Positions 1 to 15,050 of a stretch of DNA of 64,000 bases are shown piece by piece. The notes below the pieces were generated by a model, which did not search any database, had not been told where the DNA came from, and was given only the letters and a program-made list of their open reading frames with translations. Source of the stretch: Octopus vulgaris (taxonomy: Eukaryota). The position numbers were made by a program, and so were the translations under genes. Position 1 is the stretch's first letter. Every line of letters starts with the position of its first letter. Location: positions 46,810,001 through 46,874,000 of the forward strand of contig OX597835.1 in the NCBI GenBank assembly GCA_951406725.2, in the 5' to 3' direction.

Positions 1-555
1 GAAATCTTCGTCATGCCAGGGACACTGGGCAGAGTATTTTTTATCAGGATATGCTGATAGCATTTGCTATTTAATTTATAGCCAATCACCAGTCGTCCAT
101 CAGCATGTGGTGAAGACGATCGATATTTACGATGGTGGTGGCAGTTTCAGGACGTCAAGACTTTGGATCATCTTCAAGACTCTCCATTCTCCTTCTGAAT
201 CCAGTGCCCACCTTTGCACCTTTGATAAAGCTAGAGCGTCATCCCCTAGCATGAATATTTCTAGGAGGTTAAACCCATTTTCTACAGGTACTCGATTAAC
301 ACCACGATGCCAGATTCTCTGTGTTTTCAAGAGAATCCTGTACTAGTTACATCTGAAGTCTTCTTTGAAGGGTGAGATACCAGTTTACCTGGAAAGAAAT
401 AATGTGGTTATTAATAAGGAGAAGGGCTGAAATTGATGCATGCAAGATTTTCAAGTCTGACAACAGGTTGCCATCCAGGGTCATAACCCGGGGACTTCAG
501 TTGTTGCACCAACAGTGTTTTATTTTTACACTTCGTTTCTTTTGGTCCGACCCGC
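1..555 (-). mobile_element. mariner transposon 5' part with decayed transposase N-terminus (cut by window edge)
   Basis: Minus strand reads WHRGV..LGDDALALSKVQRWA, then after a frameshift ESLEDDPKS*RPETATTIVNIDRLHHMLMDD..IANAISIS, matching the mariner HTH/GRP region; contains stops and frameshifts. Confidence 0.85.
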
Positions 556-930
556 CCTTTATAATGCGTTCATAGATATAAGCATTAACTGGATCGTTGA
601 ATAAATGCATTTGAATGTAAAGCAGTCATTGTTGAAACGAAGAGGTTGGCGATCGTTTTCATATTTCGCGTGTGTGTGTCTGTGTATGCGCGAGCGCGTG
701 TGTTTGGGGATCGGTGTGTGTGTGCTTGTCAGGATGCGATTATTCAAGCGACACTCATTTGTGTATGTTTGTATGCATGTATGTAGATAGATAGATATAG
801 ACATAGATACACACACACACACACACACGCATGCACGCACACACACGCACGCACACACACACACAAACACGCATATATAAACATGAGTAGCACCACCCAC
901 TTGTGTTCATTATCCTGAGTCACATAGAAA

Positions 931-1295
931 CGGCGAGCGGGCAGAAAGGTTAGCAGGCCGTGTGAAATGCGTAGCCGTATTTCGTCTGCCGTTACGTTCT
1001 GAGTTCAAATTCCGCCGAGGTCGACTTTGCCTTTCATCCTTTCGGGGTCGATTAAATAAGTACGTGTTACGCACTGGGGTCGATATAATCGACTTAATCC
1101 GTTTGTCTGTCCTTGTTTGTCCTCTCTGTGTTTAACCCCTTGTGGGTAGTAAAGAAATAGGTATTTCGTCTGCCGCTACGTTCTGAGTTCAAATTCCGCC
1201 AAGGTCGACTTTGCCTTTTAGTACAAGGGTCAATATAATCGACTTACCCATCCTCCCCAAATTTCAGGCCTTGAAGAAAGGATTATTATTATTAT
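931..1295 (+). mobile_element. SINE-A (tRNA-derived), dimeric copy
   Basis: Head GGCGAGC.GGCAGAA..GTTAGC, B-box-like GAGTTCAAATTCC, body GTCGACTTTGCCTTTCATCCTTTCGGGGTCGA; many copies in window. Confidence 0.9.
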
Positions 1296-1299
1296 GAAA

Positions 1300-1515
1300 T
1301 TGCTGAGCGAGCAGACTCATGAGAATGCCGGACAAAATGCTTAGTGGCATTTCGTCCGTCTTTACGTTCTGCGTTGAAAATCCGCCGAGGTTGACTTTTC
1401 CTTTCATCCTTTCGTTGTTGATAAAATATGTACCAGTTACATACCGGGGTCGATGCAACCCACTGATCACCGCTCCCGAAATTGCTGGCCTCGTGCCAAA
1501 ATTTAAATCCGATAT
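1300..1515 (+). mobile_element. SINE-A, diverged copy
   Basis: Similarity to 931-1100. Confidence 0.8.
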
Positions 1516-1689
1516 TCTTGTTGTCATTGTTGCTGCTGTCATCGAATTTGCTGTTGATGATGATGATGATGGCGTTTCTGCTGTTGCTGGGTCGTTGGAG
1601 ACGTTGTTGTTGTTCTTCTTCTTGTTGTCATCATCCTCGTCGTTGTCGTCGCTGTTCTTCTTGTCGTTGTTCATGCCAGTGCTCTTGTT

Positions 1690-1928
1690 GTTACCCATTT
1701 CTTTATTACCCACAAGGGGCTAAACATAGAGGGGACAAACAAGGACAGACATAGGCATTAAGTCGATTACATCGACCCCAGTGCGTAACTGGTACTTAAT
1801 TTATCGACCCCCGAAAGGATGAAAGGCAAAGTCGACCTCGGCGGAATTTGAACTCACAACGTAACGGCAGCCGAAATACCGCTAAGCATTTCGCCCGACG
1901 TGCTAACCATTCTGCCAGCTTGCCGCCT
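1690..1928 (-). mobile_element. SINE-A
   Basis: Reverse complement of the SINE-A monomer including its tail. Confidence 0.9.
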
Positions 1929-2084
1929 TGTTGTTACCGCCGTTGCTTATCTCCAGGTCGAGTCCGACCCGGGGCTAAATGAAAGTATTCAATCAACAGG
2001 ATCCTCACGTCTTATATTATTTATTTATCTGGGGTTTTTTTACTTGATCCACTCACTGGACTACATCCATGCTGGATCATTCCA

Positions 2085-2405
2085 TTGAAGGATTTAGTCT
2101 TAACAAATCGATCCAATTTTTTCTTTAAAGCCTGGTTCTTATTTTATCGATCCTTTCACCGAACCACTGAGTTACGGAGATGCAAAGAAACTAGCACTGG
2201 TTGTAAAGCGGTGGTGGTGGGCAAGGGTGGGTTGATATATACGAACACAAAAATTTATATTTATACATGTGATGGGCTTACATACAGTTTCCAAATTCAC
2301 TTGGGAGACATTGATCGGCTCAGTGCTGTAGTACAAGAAACTTAACTAAAGTGCCGCGCTGTGGAGTTGAACCCGAAACAGCATAGCTGCAAAGTGAGCT
2401 TCTTA
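2085..2405 (-). mobile_element. SINE-B, diverged
   Basis: Degenerate reverse complement of SINE-B, head-to-head with the next copy. Confidence 0.7.
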
Positions 2406-2408
2406 ACC

Positions 2409-2780
2409 AGGCGTGGCTGTGTGGTAAGAAGCTTGCTTCCAACCATATGGTTCTGAGTTCAGTCCCACTGCGTGGCACATTGGGCAAGTGTCTTCTACTA
2501 TGGCCTAGGGCCGACCAATGCCTTGTGAGTGGATTTGGTAGACGGAAACTGAAAGAAGCCCGTCGTATATGTGTGTGCGTGTTTGTCCCCACACCATCGC
2601 ATGACAATCGATGTTGGTGTGTTTACGTCTCCGTAACTTAACGGTTCGGCCATAAGAGACCGGTAGAACAAGTACTATGCTTACAAAGACTAATTCCTGG
2701 GGTCGCTTAGCTCGACTAAAAGCGGTGCTCCAGCCTGACCGCAGTCAAATGACTGAAACAAATAAAAGAATAAAAGAATA
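2409..2780 (+). mobile_element. SINE-B (tRNA head, CORE-like segment, internal microsatellite, LINE-like tail)
   Basis: TGGCTGTGTGGTAAG A-box-like, GTTCAGTCCC B-box-like, TTGGGCAAGTGTCTT CORE-like, tail GCAGTCAAATGACTGAAACA followed by A-rich repeats. Confidence 0.9.
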
Positions 2781-3034
2781 AAATGATCAGCCAAAGAGGC
2801 ACCTATTTTTTTTTATTTATTTGTTGTGATATCTGCGACTGTGTTTTGGTTTTGTGGAATTTTGAGGAAGAATTAGTTGCTATTTTTAACCGGTCAAGCT
2901 AGGATTGTCCGCACTCAAATAATATCTATTGTAATTATCTAAATATGGCTACGTGAATAGATTCCGGATTGGTTGATTGTTCATTTGGAGGGGAAGGTCA
3001 GCAATGTCAGGGATCCAAAGCGAAAAGAGTCATT

Positions 3035-3053
3035 GTGTTGTTGTTGTTGTTGT

Positions 3054-3105
<52 letters not shown>

Positions 3106-3129
3106 AATGATGATGATGATGATGATGAC

Positions 3130-3197
<68 letters not shown>

Positions 3198-3246
3198 CGA
3201 TGATGACGATGATGATGATGATGATGATGATGATGACGATGATGAC

Positions 3247-3281
<35 letters not shown>

Positions 3282-3294
3282 CGACGATGATGAC

Positions 3295-3357
<63 letters not shown>

Positions 3358-3561
3358 GTGGTGTTGACTGCGACGATGATGACGACAACGAGGGTGGCGG
3401 AATGGCAGTAGCGGTGTCGATGGTGGCATCAGCTGCGACGGTGGTGGTGACATTGGCAGCATGGTGGTGGTGGCGGTGATGGTGGGGATCGAGGGGAAGA
3501 GGATGTTCTTCCCCTCGATCAGTCGACGACGACGACGACGATGATGATGATGATGATGTAG

Positions 3562-3607
<46 letters not shown>

Positions 3608-3610
3608 CTA
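3035..3610. repeat. (GTT)n/(GAT)n/(GAC)n compound microsatellite
   Basis: About 300 bp of near-pure (GAT)n at 3055-3355 plus a second tract at 3540-3607. Confidence 0.98.
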
Positions 3611-3930
3611 ACGATGGTTGTAATGCTTTGCTGAAAAGCTCTAATAAGGTCGAAACATCTTTTAATTATATCCCATTTGGTCTTAAAACCAAAATGCACC
3701 CCTATCTTGAATGTTACGATTCTTTCTTTTTTCTATCGCTTCCCTCTCCTGGTTGTTGCTTTTAGATTTGAAGCATACCCAAAAAATGGAGCTTTTACCT
3801 AGTAATTGCATGGATGAACTCCATAGCAAATATTCAACTCATTATGTCTACATATTTGAGATCCAATCAACCGATTGGATCTTAAATCGGTTGGTTGCGT
3901 GAACGGCTTTCTATAACCCTTTGTTCGGCA

Positions 3931-4340
3931 CAGGGCCAGATTAAGACCCATAGAGGCCCTAAGCACTCAGAAGATTTTGGTGCCCCCATATATAAGTAAT
4001 TCAAAATATAACCAAGAAATTATGTCTTAGTTTTCAAAATGAATCAAAACTAACAGTAAAATGATGGAAAATAATGTTTCTTTTTGTATACTCCCACTTT
4101 ATTTATACTTGAAAAGCTTTCTCTTTTATTATTGCAAAATCTTTAATCAGATCCTCAAAATTAATCTTTTCTAATACATCTGCTTCTAAACTTTATAGAG
4201 ATAAGGCATCCCAAATATTATTTTAGCAAGTTTAAATTGATTTTCTTTTGTGCGGTAAACTATTTACTATTTCTGTGATGCTCCCTATCACTTGATGCCC
4301 TAAGCACATGCATATTTTGCTTAATGTTAATCCAGTTCTG
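3931..4340. mobile_element. non-autonomous hAT-type MITE
   Basis: Imperfect TIRs CAGGGCCAGATTAA / TTAATCCAGTTCTG; perfect 8-bp TSD GTTCGGCA at 3923-3930 and 4341-4348. Confidence 0.9.
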
Positions 4341-4677
4341 GTTCGGCAGAAAAATTCTTAAACGTTCGACGTTTGAGAATATCATAGGGCTAACGTCCTA
4401 AAAATGGGTTGGCAAATAGATTAATATAGTGTTTCAGGTGGTATGTTTTTGTTTCTTTAAGGTTTCTAGTGTAGCAAGGCTTCTTTAGTTTGGTGACGTG
4501 TCAGCTTTGAAAGAGAAAGTGAAAGTGAAACAAAGACCACAACTCTTAAGTCTCTTGGTAACTAAAAACGACTGCGCAAAAAGAAACAATGCTCAGAGAC
4601 TCCTGCTTCATAAAAACCAAACAGTAAAGTAAGCGCTAGCATATCATATGTCATAAATGCAGAAAATTTTATTAACA

Positions 4678-4837
4678 GACGCAAGCGTGTCTGTGTGGTT
4701 TGCTTCATAACCACATGGTTTGGGTTCGGTTCCAGTGCGTGGCACCTTGGGCGTCTTCGACTATAACCTCTGACCGAATAAAGCTTTACGACTGGATTTG
4801 GTTGAGGGAAACTGAAAGAAGCCCGTCATGCGTGTAT

Positions 4838-4897
<60 letters not shown>

Positions 4898-5045
4898 ACA
4901 CACACATAGACATATGTATATGGTGGAGTGCATCTTTTTGCCTGTGTCTGTCCCTTGCTACCGTTTGAAACCAGCGTTGCGTTCTGAGTTCAAATCCAGA
5001 TCAGGTGAGCTTCGCGTTTTATCCATTTGGGGTCGATAAGAAATG
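4678..5045 (+). mobile_element. diverged SINE-B fused to a SINE-A fragment
   Basis: SINE-B similarity to about 4980, then GTTCTGAGTTCAAATC..GGGGTCGATAAG. Confidence 0.7.
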
Positions 5046-5648
5046 TACGAATCCTGGCTGAAGAACTATTAGAGGGGTCGGTTGAGATACCTTGTGGTAT
5101 TGTTTTGGTTTCTTCGTGTTCTAATAACAATGTCTCTGATGTCACGTGCCAGTCTGTGTAGAAGCCACTTGCCCAAGGTACCACGGCAAATGGCTGTGGA
5201 AGAAGGCTTCCCCTTGGATAAAAAACGATGCTATGAAAGGAGAGCTTTGCATGTGTGAGCAACTATTTGCCTTGGGTATCCAAGGGAAATAACTCCAGTA
5301 ATATCAACCAAAACAAATTATTGGAAGATGAAGGCGTAACTGCATGGTAAGAAGCTTGCTTCCCGACTTTGTGGCCTATGGATGCCTGCATTTTCACAGC
5401 TAGGCTTAAATTGTATGGGTTACATATATGTTTAGAAACACTGTTTACAAATTTAGACACGTAATGTCGGTGCTGCACATAACTATTCTAGATATATATA
5501 TAAGAAAGACAAGGAAAAAAAAGTTATAAAAAAAAGCAAATGAATTTCCATAACAAAAAGAAAATAAAAATCATTCCGGGTTTTTCCAGGATGGAATTTT
5601 TCTTTGTGTGTCTGTGCGTGTGTATGAATATCTAGCTAGCTAGCTAAT

Positions 5649-6205
<557 letters not shown>

Positions 6206-6341
6206 GATATATATGTAAATAGATGAGTGTATTTTTCCCTTGTTAACAATTAACACGTAAAAAAATAGATAAATAGTTACCAGGGTAACAAAAAATCACA
6301 CAAGTAAAAGAATTTGAATAACACCTGCGTTAAACTCCATT

Positions 6342-6412
<71 letters not shown>

Positions 6413-6416
<4 letters not shown>

Positions 6417-6709
6417 AGATGTACTCGCATAGCAAGTAATTTGATCTGAGATCGTGTGCTGAAATGAAAACAATTGCAGCGTGGAAGGTGTTTATAAGCC
6501 ATTTAAGAAACACACAAAAGCCGTTCGATTCACTCCAACATTTAAGTTTAATTTGTCAAAAAGAGATGCAGCACGGACTTTGTCAGTGAACAGGTCGCGG
6601 ATTTTAGCGACGAAAATATTTTGACAAATTAAACTTAAATGTTGGAGTGAATCGAACGGCTTTTGTGTGTTTCTTAAATGGCTTATAAACACCTTCCACG
6701 CTGCAATTG

Positions 6710-6710
<1 letters not shown>
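6413..6710. mobile_element. Penelope-type/retrozyme-like non-coding fold-back insert in (TA)n
   Basis: About 92-bp inverted repeat (6470-6561 / 6619-6710), HHR motif at the spacer, (TA)n on both flanks. Confidence 0.8.
6579..6628 (+). ncRNA. minimal type-I hammerhead ribozyme, G3-C8 variant
   Basis: TTTGTCA-GTGAACA-G-GTCGC(ggatttta)GCGAC-GAAA-ATAT-TT^TGACAAA: 7-bp stem I, 5-bp stem II, palindromic stem III. Confidence 0.7.
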
Positions 6711-6752
<42 letters not shown>

Positions 6753-7511
6753 CATACATACAGAAATACATACATGCATGCATGCATATATATGTGTGTG
6801 TGTACGTATATGTGTATCTATGTACGCATGCATGTACTTACACGTACGTACACACATACAAAAATAGTTTATGCGTGTGTGTATGAATCCTCTTCATGTG
6901 TTTGGTTTGTTTGTTCGGTGTCTCCATCTATTTCTTGTTGTCGATCCTCATCTTCAGGCTCACCCCTACACCCTCCCCGTCACCATGACAGCATTTACAT
7001 TCTACCGGACACTTAAGGACCATGAAAATTTCCAAAACCAAAAAAAGAAAGAAAAAAGAAAAAACATATTGATGATGATACATGTCCAGCAATTGATAAA
7101 TGGTGGATGAGTTCTCTTTACTAACGAGAACTCAGCACAGACGGATAACTATTTGCTCAGATACATTTACATAATTACTACGAAAATACTAATTAACTAT
7201 TATTCCTTAAATCGATATTGCAGCAAATGATCGAACACTCTGGTGGAAATCGAACTTAAGTAAATAACGCACCTAACTACACACTCTGCCGCCATTCTCA
7301 GAGTCATTGTGGGAAGCCATTAGTGTTCAGACAATGGCAGAAATTTCGTTATTAATTTTTAAATCGCGGATGCACACGTTTGCTGCTGTTGTTGCTGTTA
7401 CTGTTGTTGTTGATGCTGATGATGCTGTTGTTGCTTAGCAGCAGGTCAGTTCTAAACGAACAGACAGGCCTAGGGTCAACGTGTTCTAGAAGTGGCAAAA
7501 CCATTTTTTCG

Positions 7512-7564
7512 TTTATTATTATTGTTATTATCATTATTATTATTATTGTTGTTATTATTATTAT

Positions 7565-7602
<38 letters not shown>

Positions 7603-7648
7603 TTATTATTATTATCATTATTATCATTATCATCATCATTATTATTAC

Positions 7649-7712
<64 letters not shown>
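7512..7712. repeat. (ATT)n/(ACT)n microsatellite
   Basis: Direct inspection. Confidence 0.97.
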
Positions 7713-7717
7713 TTGCA

Positions 7718-8160
7718 AGGCGGTGAGCCGGCAGAACCGTTAGCTCCTGGATGAAATGCTTAGCGGTATTTCGCCCGTCGCTCCGTTCTGAGTTCAAATG
7801 CCGACGAGGTCGACTTTTCCTTTCATCCTTTCAGGGTCGATTAAATAAGTACCAGTTACGCACTGGGGTTGATGTAATCGACTTAATCCCCACCCCCTAA
7901 GCTGCCCTTGTGGCAAAAATTTCAAGTCATTATTATCTTGCAAGGTAGTGAGCTGGATGAAATGCTTAGCGGTATTTCGCCTGTCGCTCTGTTTTGAGTT
8001 CAAATTCCGTCGAGGTTAACTTTGCCTTTCATCCTTTCGGGGTCGATTAAATAAGTACCAGTTACGCACTGGGGTCGATATAATCGACTTGATCCGTTTG
8101 TCTGTCCTTGTTTGTCCTCTCTGTGTTTAGCCCCTTGTGGGTAGTAAAGAAATAGGTATT
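7718..8160 (+). mobile_element. two adjacent SINE-A copies with different tails
   Basis: 7718-7935 ends in CCCTTGTGGCAAAAATTT; 7945-8160 ends in the TTGTCCTCTCTGTGTTTAGCCCC tail. Confidence 0.88.
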
Positions 8161-8164
8161 GGTT

Positions 8165-8330
8165 TCTTTACGTCCTCGTAAGTTAGCGGTTCGACAAAAG
8201 ACATCGATAGAATAGGTACCAGGCTTTAAACACTATATGTACTAGGGTTAATTTGTTCGATTACATCGTTGAAGGCGGTACTCCAGCATGGCCGTGCTCC
8301 AATGACTGAAACAAGCAAAATATAAAAGAT
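8165..8330 (+). mobile_element. SINE-B 3' part
   Basis: TTAGCGGTTCGACAAAAGA..CTCCAGCATGGCCG..ATGACTGAAACAAG. Confidence 0.85.
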
Positions 8331-8844
8331 ATGTATATTATTACGTAAGTAGCAACATACTTCGTGACTTTTTTTAACATGTGTAACGTACAGGACTGAA
8401 AAATTTCATTTAACTGAAATTATCTATGCCATTACGATACCAAATCTTCCTCCGGCAGTAGTTAAAATCTAAAAAGAACCAGCAAGGGAGATAACCTCAA
8501 AAATATCAGTTGATCGAAATTTTTCTACAATATTGACAATGTACATTAGAATCGATCCGATCGTTACGGACGCGTATTCTCTAGAGAAAGGAATAAGGAG
8601 GGGGCGTTGGTGGGTGAGGGAGAGGAGAGGGTGAAACTAACGTTGTTCCCTAGAAGATGACTGGTACTTATTTTATCGACATCAGAATTTGGTTAGTCCT
8701 TAATTTAAGGTAAAGTGCAGTACCCATGACATTTGTACGAATTCCCTACCTAACAAATTGCTAATCTTCTGCCTTATTCAGAAACCATATTGTTGTTGTT
8801 GCTGTTGCTGCTGCTGTTGCTTCTATTGTTGTTGTTGTTGTTAA

Positions 8845-9090
8845 AGGCAGTCAGTTGGCAGAATCGTTAGAATGTCGTACACAAATGCTTTGAGGTAATA
8901 TTTTTTTTTACTCTGGCTCTTTATGTTTCTGGATTCAAATCCTATTTCGATCAGCTTCACCTTTCGATCTTCCAAGGGCGGAAATTTAAAATGCCAATCA
9001 AGTATTGAGGTCGCAAGTTACCAACAAACCTTTCCCACCTCCAAACTGCCAGCTTTGTTCCTTGTGCCTTAATTAGGCCACAATCATTGC
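8845..9090 (+). mobile_element. SINE-A-like, old copy
   Basis: TTGGCAGAATCGTTAG head, GGATTCAAATCC, TTGTGCC tail. Confidence 0.65.
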
Positions 9091-9477
9091 TATTTATTTA
9101 TTCATATGCTGACGGAAAATTCCGTCAAATATTTATGAACTTCTTCCCGGCTTATCGGGGCCCAGACAGATATGTACCACTGATAAATTACCTGAATATA
9201 AAACATGTCAATCACTGTGTTTAATAGTGGTATCCTCATGAAACACATTTATAAATTTAAGTATTTGTAAACAGTCCTGGACTTAAACGTGGAGAAGATC
9301 GTGACTACAAGATCTGATAACTTAGCAATGCTCTATCTGTTTCTTGGAAAACTTATGTTTGCTCAGGTGACGAAATATTTATCTAATCTCAATATTGTAT
9401 ATGATTAAAGCTGTGAACTAACAGAATCGTTAGCACGCCGAGGAAAATGCTTTACGTTCTGAGTTCAAATCTTTTAT

Positions 9478-10125
<648 letters not shown>

Positions 10126-10216
10126 TATATATATTTATATATGCATGTATATATACATGTAGATGTAGGTACGTACATATATGTTTGTATGTATGCATAT
10201 ATTTTATTTATTACAC

Positions 10217-10268
<52 letters not shown>

Positions 10269-10286
10269 TGCGCGCGCGCACACACA

Positions 10287-10330
<44 letters not shown>

Positions 10331-10863
10331 CGCGCACATATATATACACACACACATACACATACACATACACATATACGCACGTATTGCATCGTGCGCA
10401 CGTTCCTTATTTCGAAGAGTAGGCTGTGAGTTGAGGCAGGGGATTTGGCCGTTGTTTCTAGCAGATCGAACGACTTCATAAGAAGCTCGCTCTTGAGTCG
10501 ACAAAACAGTTTGTTAATAAATTTAACAAACAATAGGCTGAGGATATTTATTAAGGTCGTGAGGGATCGTGTTACACCAGTAAACAAGATGGGAACACTT
10601 ATTAAAGCCGTAAGCGATCAAGTTTCACATGCAAAAGTCGATGATAAAGCAGATAGATATATTCTAATTTGTTTGTAAGTGTCTGACATAAAACTGTCTG
10701 TTTAACCTAGATATTGAATGAAGATAGGCTCACAGCAATTAGTGTCCGTCGGTGGGGTCTGTTTACTTGTTTGTCACTTGTCATCTTACTCTCTTATGGC
10801 CTTTTCTCTCCGTTTATCAACTTTTAGCTTAACACACTTTCGCTTTACGTATGCAGTAAGCCC

Positions 10864-11246
10864 GTGGAGGCGCAATGGCCCAGTGGTTAGGGCAGCGGAC
10901 TCGCGGTCATAGGATCGCGGTTTCGATTCCCTGACCGGGCGTTGTGAGTGTTTATTGAGCGAAAACACCTAAAAGCTCCATGAGGCTCCGGCAGGGGGTG
11001 GTGGTGATCCCTGCTGTACTCTTTCACCACAACTTTCTCTCACTCTTACTTCCTGTTTCTGTTGTACCTGTATTTCAAAGGGCCGGCCTTGTCACTCTCT
11101 GTGTCACGCTGAATATCCCCGAGAACTACGTTAAGGGTGCACGTGTCTGTGGAGTGCTCAGCCACTTACACGTTAATTTCACGAGCAGGCTGATCCGTTG
11201 ATTCGGATCAACCGGAACACTCATCGTCGTAACCGACGGAGTGCTT
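10864..11246 (+). mobile_element. SINE-C (tRNA-derived head)
   Basis: TGGCCCAGTGGTTAGGGCA A-box, GTTTCGATTCCC B-box; 3' half shared with 13165-13335. Confidence 0.85.
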
Positions 11247-11251
11247 CTAAA

Positions 11252-11562
11252 CAGTAAGCCCTCTCTATATCGCGGTCCACCTATCGCGGTTTATTATTTA
11301 AGCTTACGTCCATTCCCCCGTTGTGTTGTTTTTGCATTTATAATAAAAGAAATATATACAAATTAGAAAAAAATAATTTAAAACTATACTGTAGTGGCTG
11401 TGTGGTAAGTGGATGTGTGGTAAGTAGCTTGCTAACCAGCCACATGGTTCCGGGTTCAGGCCCACTGCGTGGCATCTTGGGGCAAGTGTCTTCTGCTATA
11501 GCCCCGGGCCGACCAATGCCTTCTGAGTGGATTTGGTAGACGGAAACTGAAAGAAGCCTGTC

Positions 11563-11640
<78 letters not shown>

Positions 11641-11920
11641 TTGTGTGTCTGTGTTTGTCCCCCTAGCATTGCTTGACAACCGATGCTGGTGTGTTTACGT
11701 CCCCGTCACTTAGCGGTTCGGCAAAAGAGACCGATAGAATAAGTACTGGGCTTACAAAAGAATAAGTCCCGGGGTCGAGTTGCTCGATTAAAGGCGGTGC
11801 TCCAGCATGGCCGCAGTCAAATGACTGAAACAAGTAAAAGAGTAAAAAGAGTAAAGAGTACAGTACTGTTTCTACTTCGCGGATTTTCCCTTATCACGCG
11901 CGGTAGTCGAGGGATTAGTG
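11252..11920. mobile_element. Tigger/pogo-like MITE interrupted by SINE-B
   Basis: Ends CAGTAAGCCCTC / GAGGGATTAGTG-TA, with internal ATCGCGG motifs. Confidence 0.5.
11393..11858 (+). mobile_element. SINE-B, young copy
   Basis: Nearly identical to 26203-26610 and 37130-37557. Confidence 0.93.
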
Positions 11921-11934
11921 TATGTAAAGAGGCA

Positions 11935-12922
<988 letters not shown>

Positions 12923-13164
12923 GTGTGTAGATAGGTAAAAAGAGATATTTATTTATTTATCTATTTAAGAGTATTCTAGGACATAGTTCCGAGACTTGGT
13001 CTTCGGATGCCCGAAGATGACCAGTGATCTTCGCGAAAACTTTTAAAGAAAAATTCATATTTCTTTCCGTTTAGTGTTGGCTGCTTTCATATAAAAGCAA
13101 GTAAGTTTATTTCAATTTAATTCTTCAACTAAATACATTATGAATATGTGTATGTGTTAAATGG

Positions 13165-13484
13165 CCCTCCGTCGGTTACGACGACGAGTGTTCCAGTTGA
13201 GCCAATCAACGGAACAGCCTGCTCATGAAATCAATGTGCAAGTGGCTGAGCACTCCACAGACATGTGTACCCTTAACGTAGTTTTCAGGGAGATTCAGCA
13301 TGACACAGAGTGTCACAAGGCTGGCTTTTTGAAATACAAGTGCTACTCATTTTTGCCAGCTGAGTGGAGTGGAGCAATGGGAAATAAAGTGTCTTGCTCA
13401 AGGACAGAACACACCACTGAGAATCGAACTCACGACTTTATGATCGTGAGCCGAATACCCTAATCACTAAGCCACGCACCTTCA
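13165..13484 (-). mobile_element. SINE-C variant with CORE-like middle
   Basis: Minus strand: tRNA head TGGCTTAGTGATTAGGG..GAGTTCGATTCTC, then TCCTTGAGCAAGACACTTTATTTC, then the SINE-C tail. Confidence 0.85.
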
Positions 13485-13563
13485 CACACACACAACAGAT
13501 TGAGAGAGGGAGAGGGGAAATAGAGAGGGAGAGGTGAGATAGGGACGGAGAGGGAGAGAGCTG

Positions 13564-13618
<55 letters not shown>

Positions 13619-14064
13619 TATATATAGACACACCAGTCGGTTTCAGGTTACACATTTGGTGTTGAGTGAATTAGAGCAAGGTGAAGTGTTTTGTCATGAG
13701 CACATCGCACCACCCGGTCGCGGGAATAAAAGCCACGACCTAACGATTTTAAGTGCAACACTCCAATCTCAAAGCCCAGCGCCTTCGCTGCTTACGATGA
13801 TAGGCACTTGTAAATTTGAGAACGATTTGGCTGTTATTTCTAGCAGATCGACATACAACGTAGAGCAACAGTAGAGCAACCCTCGTCCGAATGCGCAAAT
13901 TGAAACCGACCCTAGAGGAATATTATATGGAAAACCCAGTTCAAGCCTAAAGACTAAAGCAGCAAGCTAACATAAACTACAATTTGGGGGAATTTACAAA
14001 ACGATTCTGCCTTTTATTTGAAATAATCTGCTCTCAACGATCCCTTTAGCCGATTCTGTATCTA

Positions 14065-14371
14065 CTGCAGCGGCCATAATATAAGGGTCAATAAGAACAA
14101 GTGTATTGAAATATTTATTAAAGAAGGTTAACAAAACGTTGAGATTAGATATTTTACACATACTTGGCCTCTGCAATTTGGAAGATTGTTTGTTTATTTT
14201 CTCATAACTTACGAAATATTTATTCCATTCACTTGAAATTTTCACGAAAGATAGATATTAGATAATTCTAAACATGTGTAAAATATCTAGTCTCAATGTA
14301 TTGTTAATCTTCTTATAATAACCATTTCAATACACTTGTTCTTACTGACCTTTATATTACGGCCACTGCTG
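14065..14371. mobile_element. Tc1/mariner-type MITE with about 100-bp TIRs
   Basis: 14065-14161 is inverted at 14274-14371; TA on both sides; a related empty site occurs at about 14553-14590. Confidence 0.8.
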
Positions 14372-14669
14372 TACATACAATTTTGTTCCATCAGGATCTA
14401 CGGCATTGTCATAACGTATTGGTCCTTAACAATGTGTTCTTAATTGAGTTCTTTAATGCGTGGTATATGTATTTTAATGTTTATATAACAATATATTTCT
14501 GAAATTAAGGAGGGAGCCTTTTATTCTAAACACGTTCTCAACGATTGTTCTCGCCGATTCTGTACAAATGTGCAATTTTGTTCCACTTGGATTTACAGCA
14601 TTGTAATAATGTATTAGAGTTTAACGTCGTGGTAATGATTGGGCGTTTAATTACCGTGCGTTTAATTAG

Positions 14670-15050
14670 AGGCGCAGGCGTAGCTGTGCGATAAGGAGTT
14701 TGCTTCCTAACCACATAGATCCGGGTTCAGTCCCACTGTGTGGCATCTTGGGCAAATACCTTCTTCTAAAGATTCGGGCCTGTCAAAGCCTTGTGGAGAG
14801 ACGGAAACTAAACGAAACCTGTCGTATATATACATAAATGTGTGTCGTTGTATCTTTGCTTGTTCTCCACCACCGCTTGACAACCAGTGTTGGTGAGTTT
14901 ACGTCCCCGTAACTTAGCGGTTCGGCAAAAAGGACCAATAGAGTAAGTACCAGCTTTAAAAAACATAAGCACTGTGGTCGCTTCATTCGACTAAAAAATT
15001 TTCAGGGAGGTGCCCCAGCATGAGCGCAGTCTAACACTGAAACAAGTATA
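14670..15050 (+). mobile_element. SINE-B, diverged
   Basis: Head, CORE-like segment and tail are recognisable. Confidence 0.85.

Noticed and set aside
2969-3699. poly-D/M/H/I ORFs
   Set aside because: Translations of the (GAT)n microsatellite
10864-10940. functional tRNA gene
   Set aside because: Poor acceptor stem and continuous with a SINE body
12995-13050. hairpin GGTCTTCGG..CCGAAGA with downstream GAAA
   Set aside because: Too degenerate to call a ribozyme
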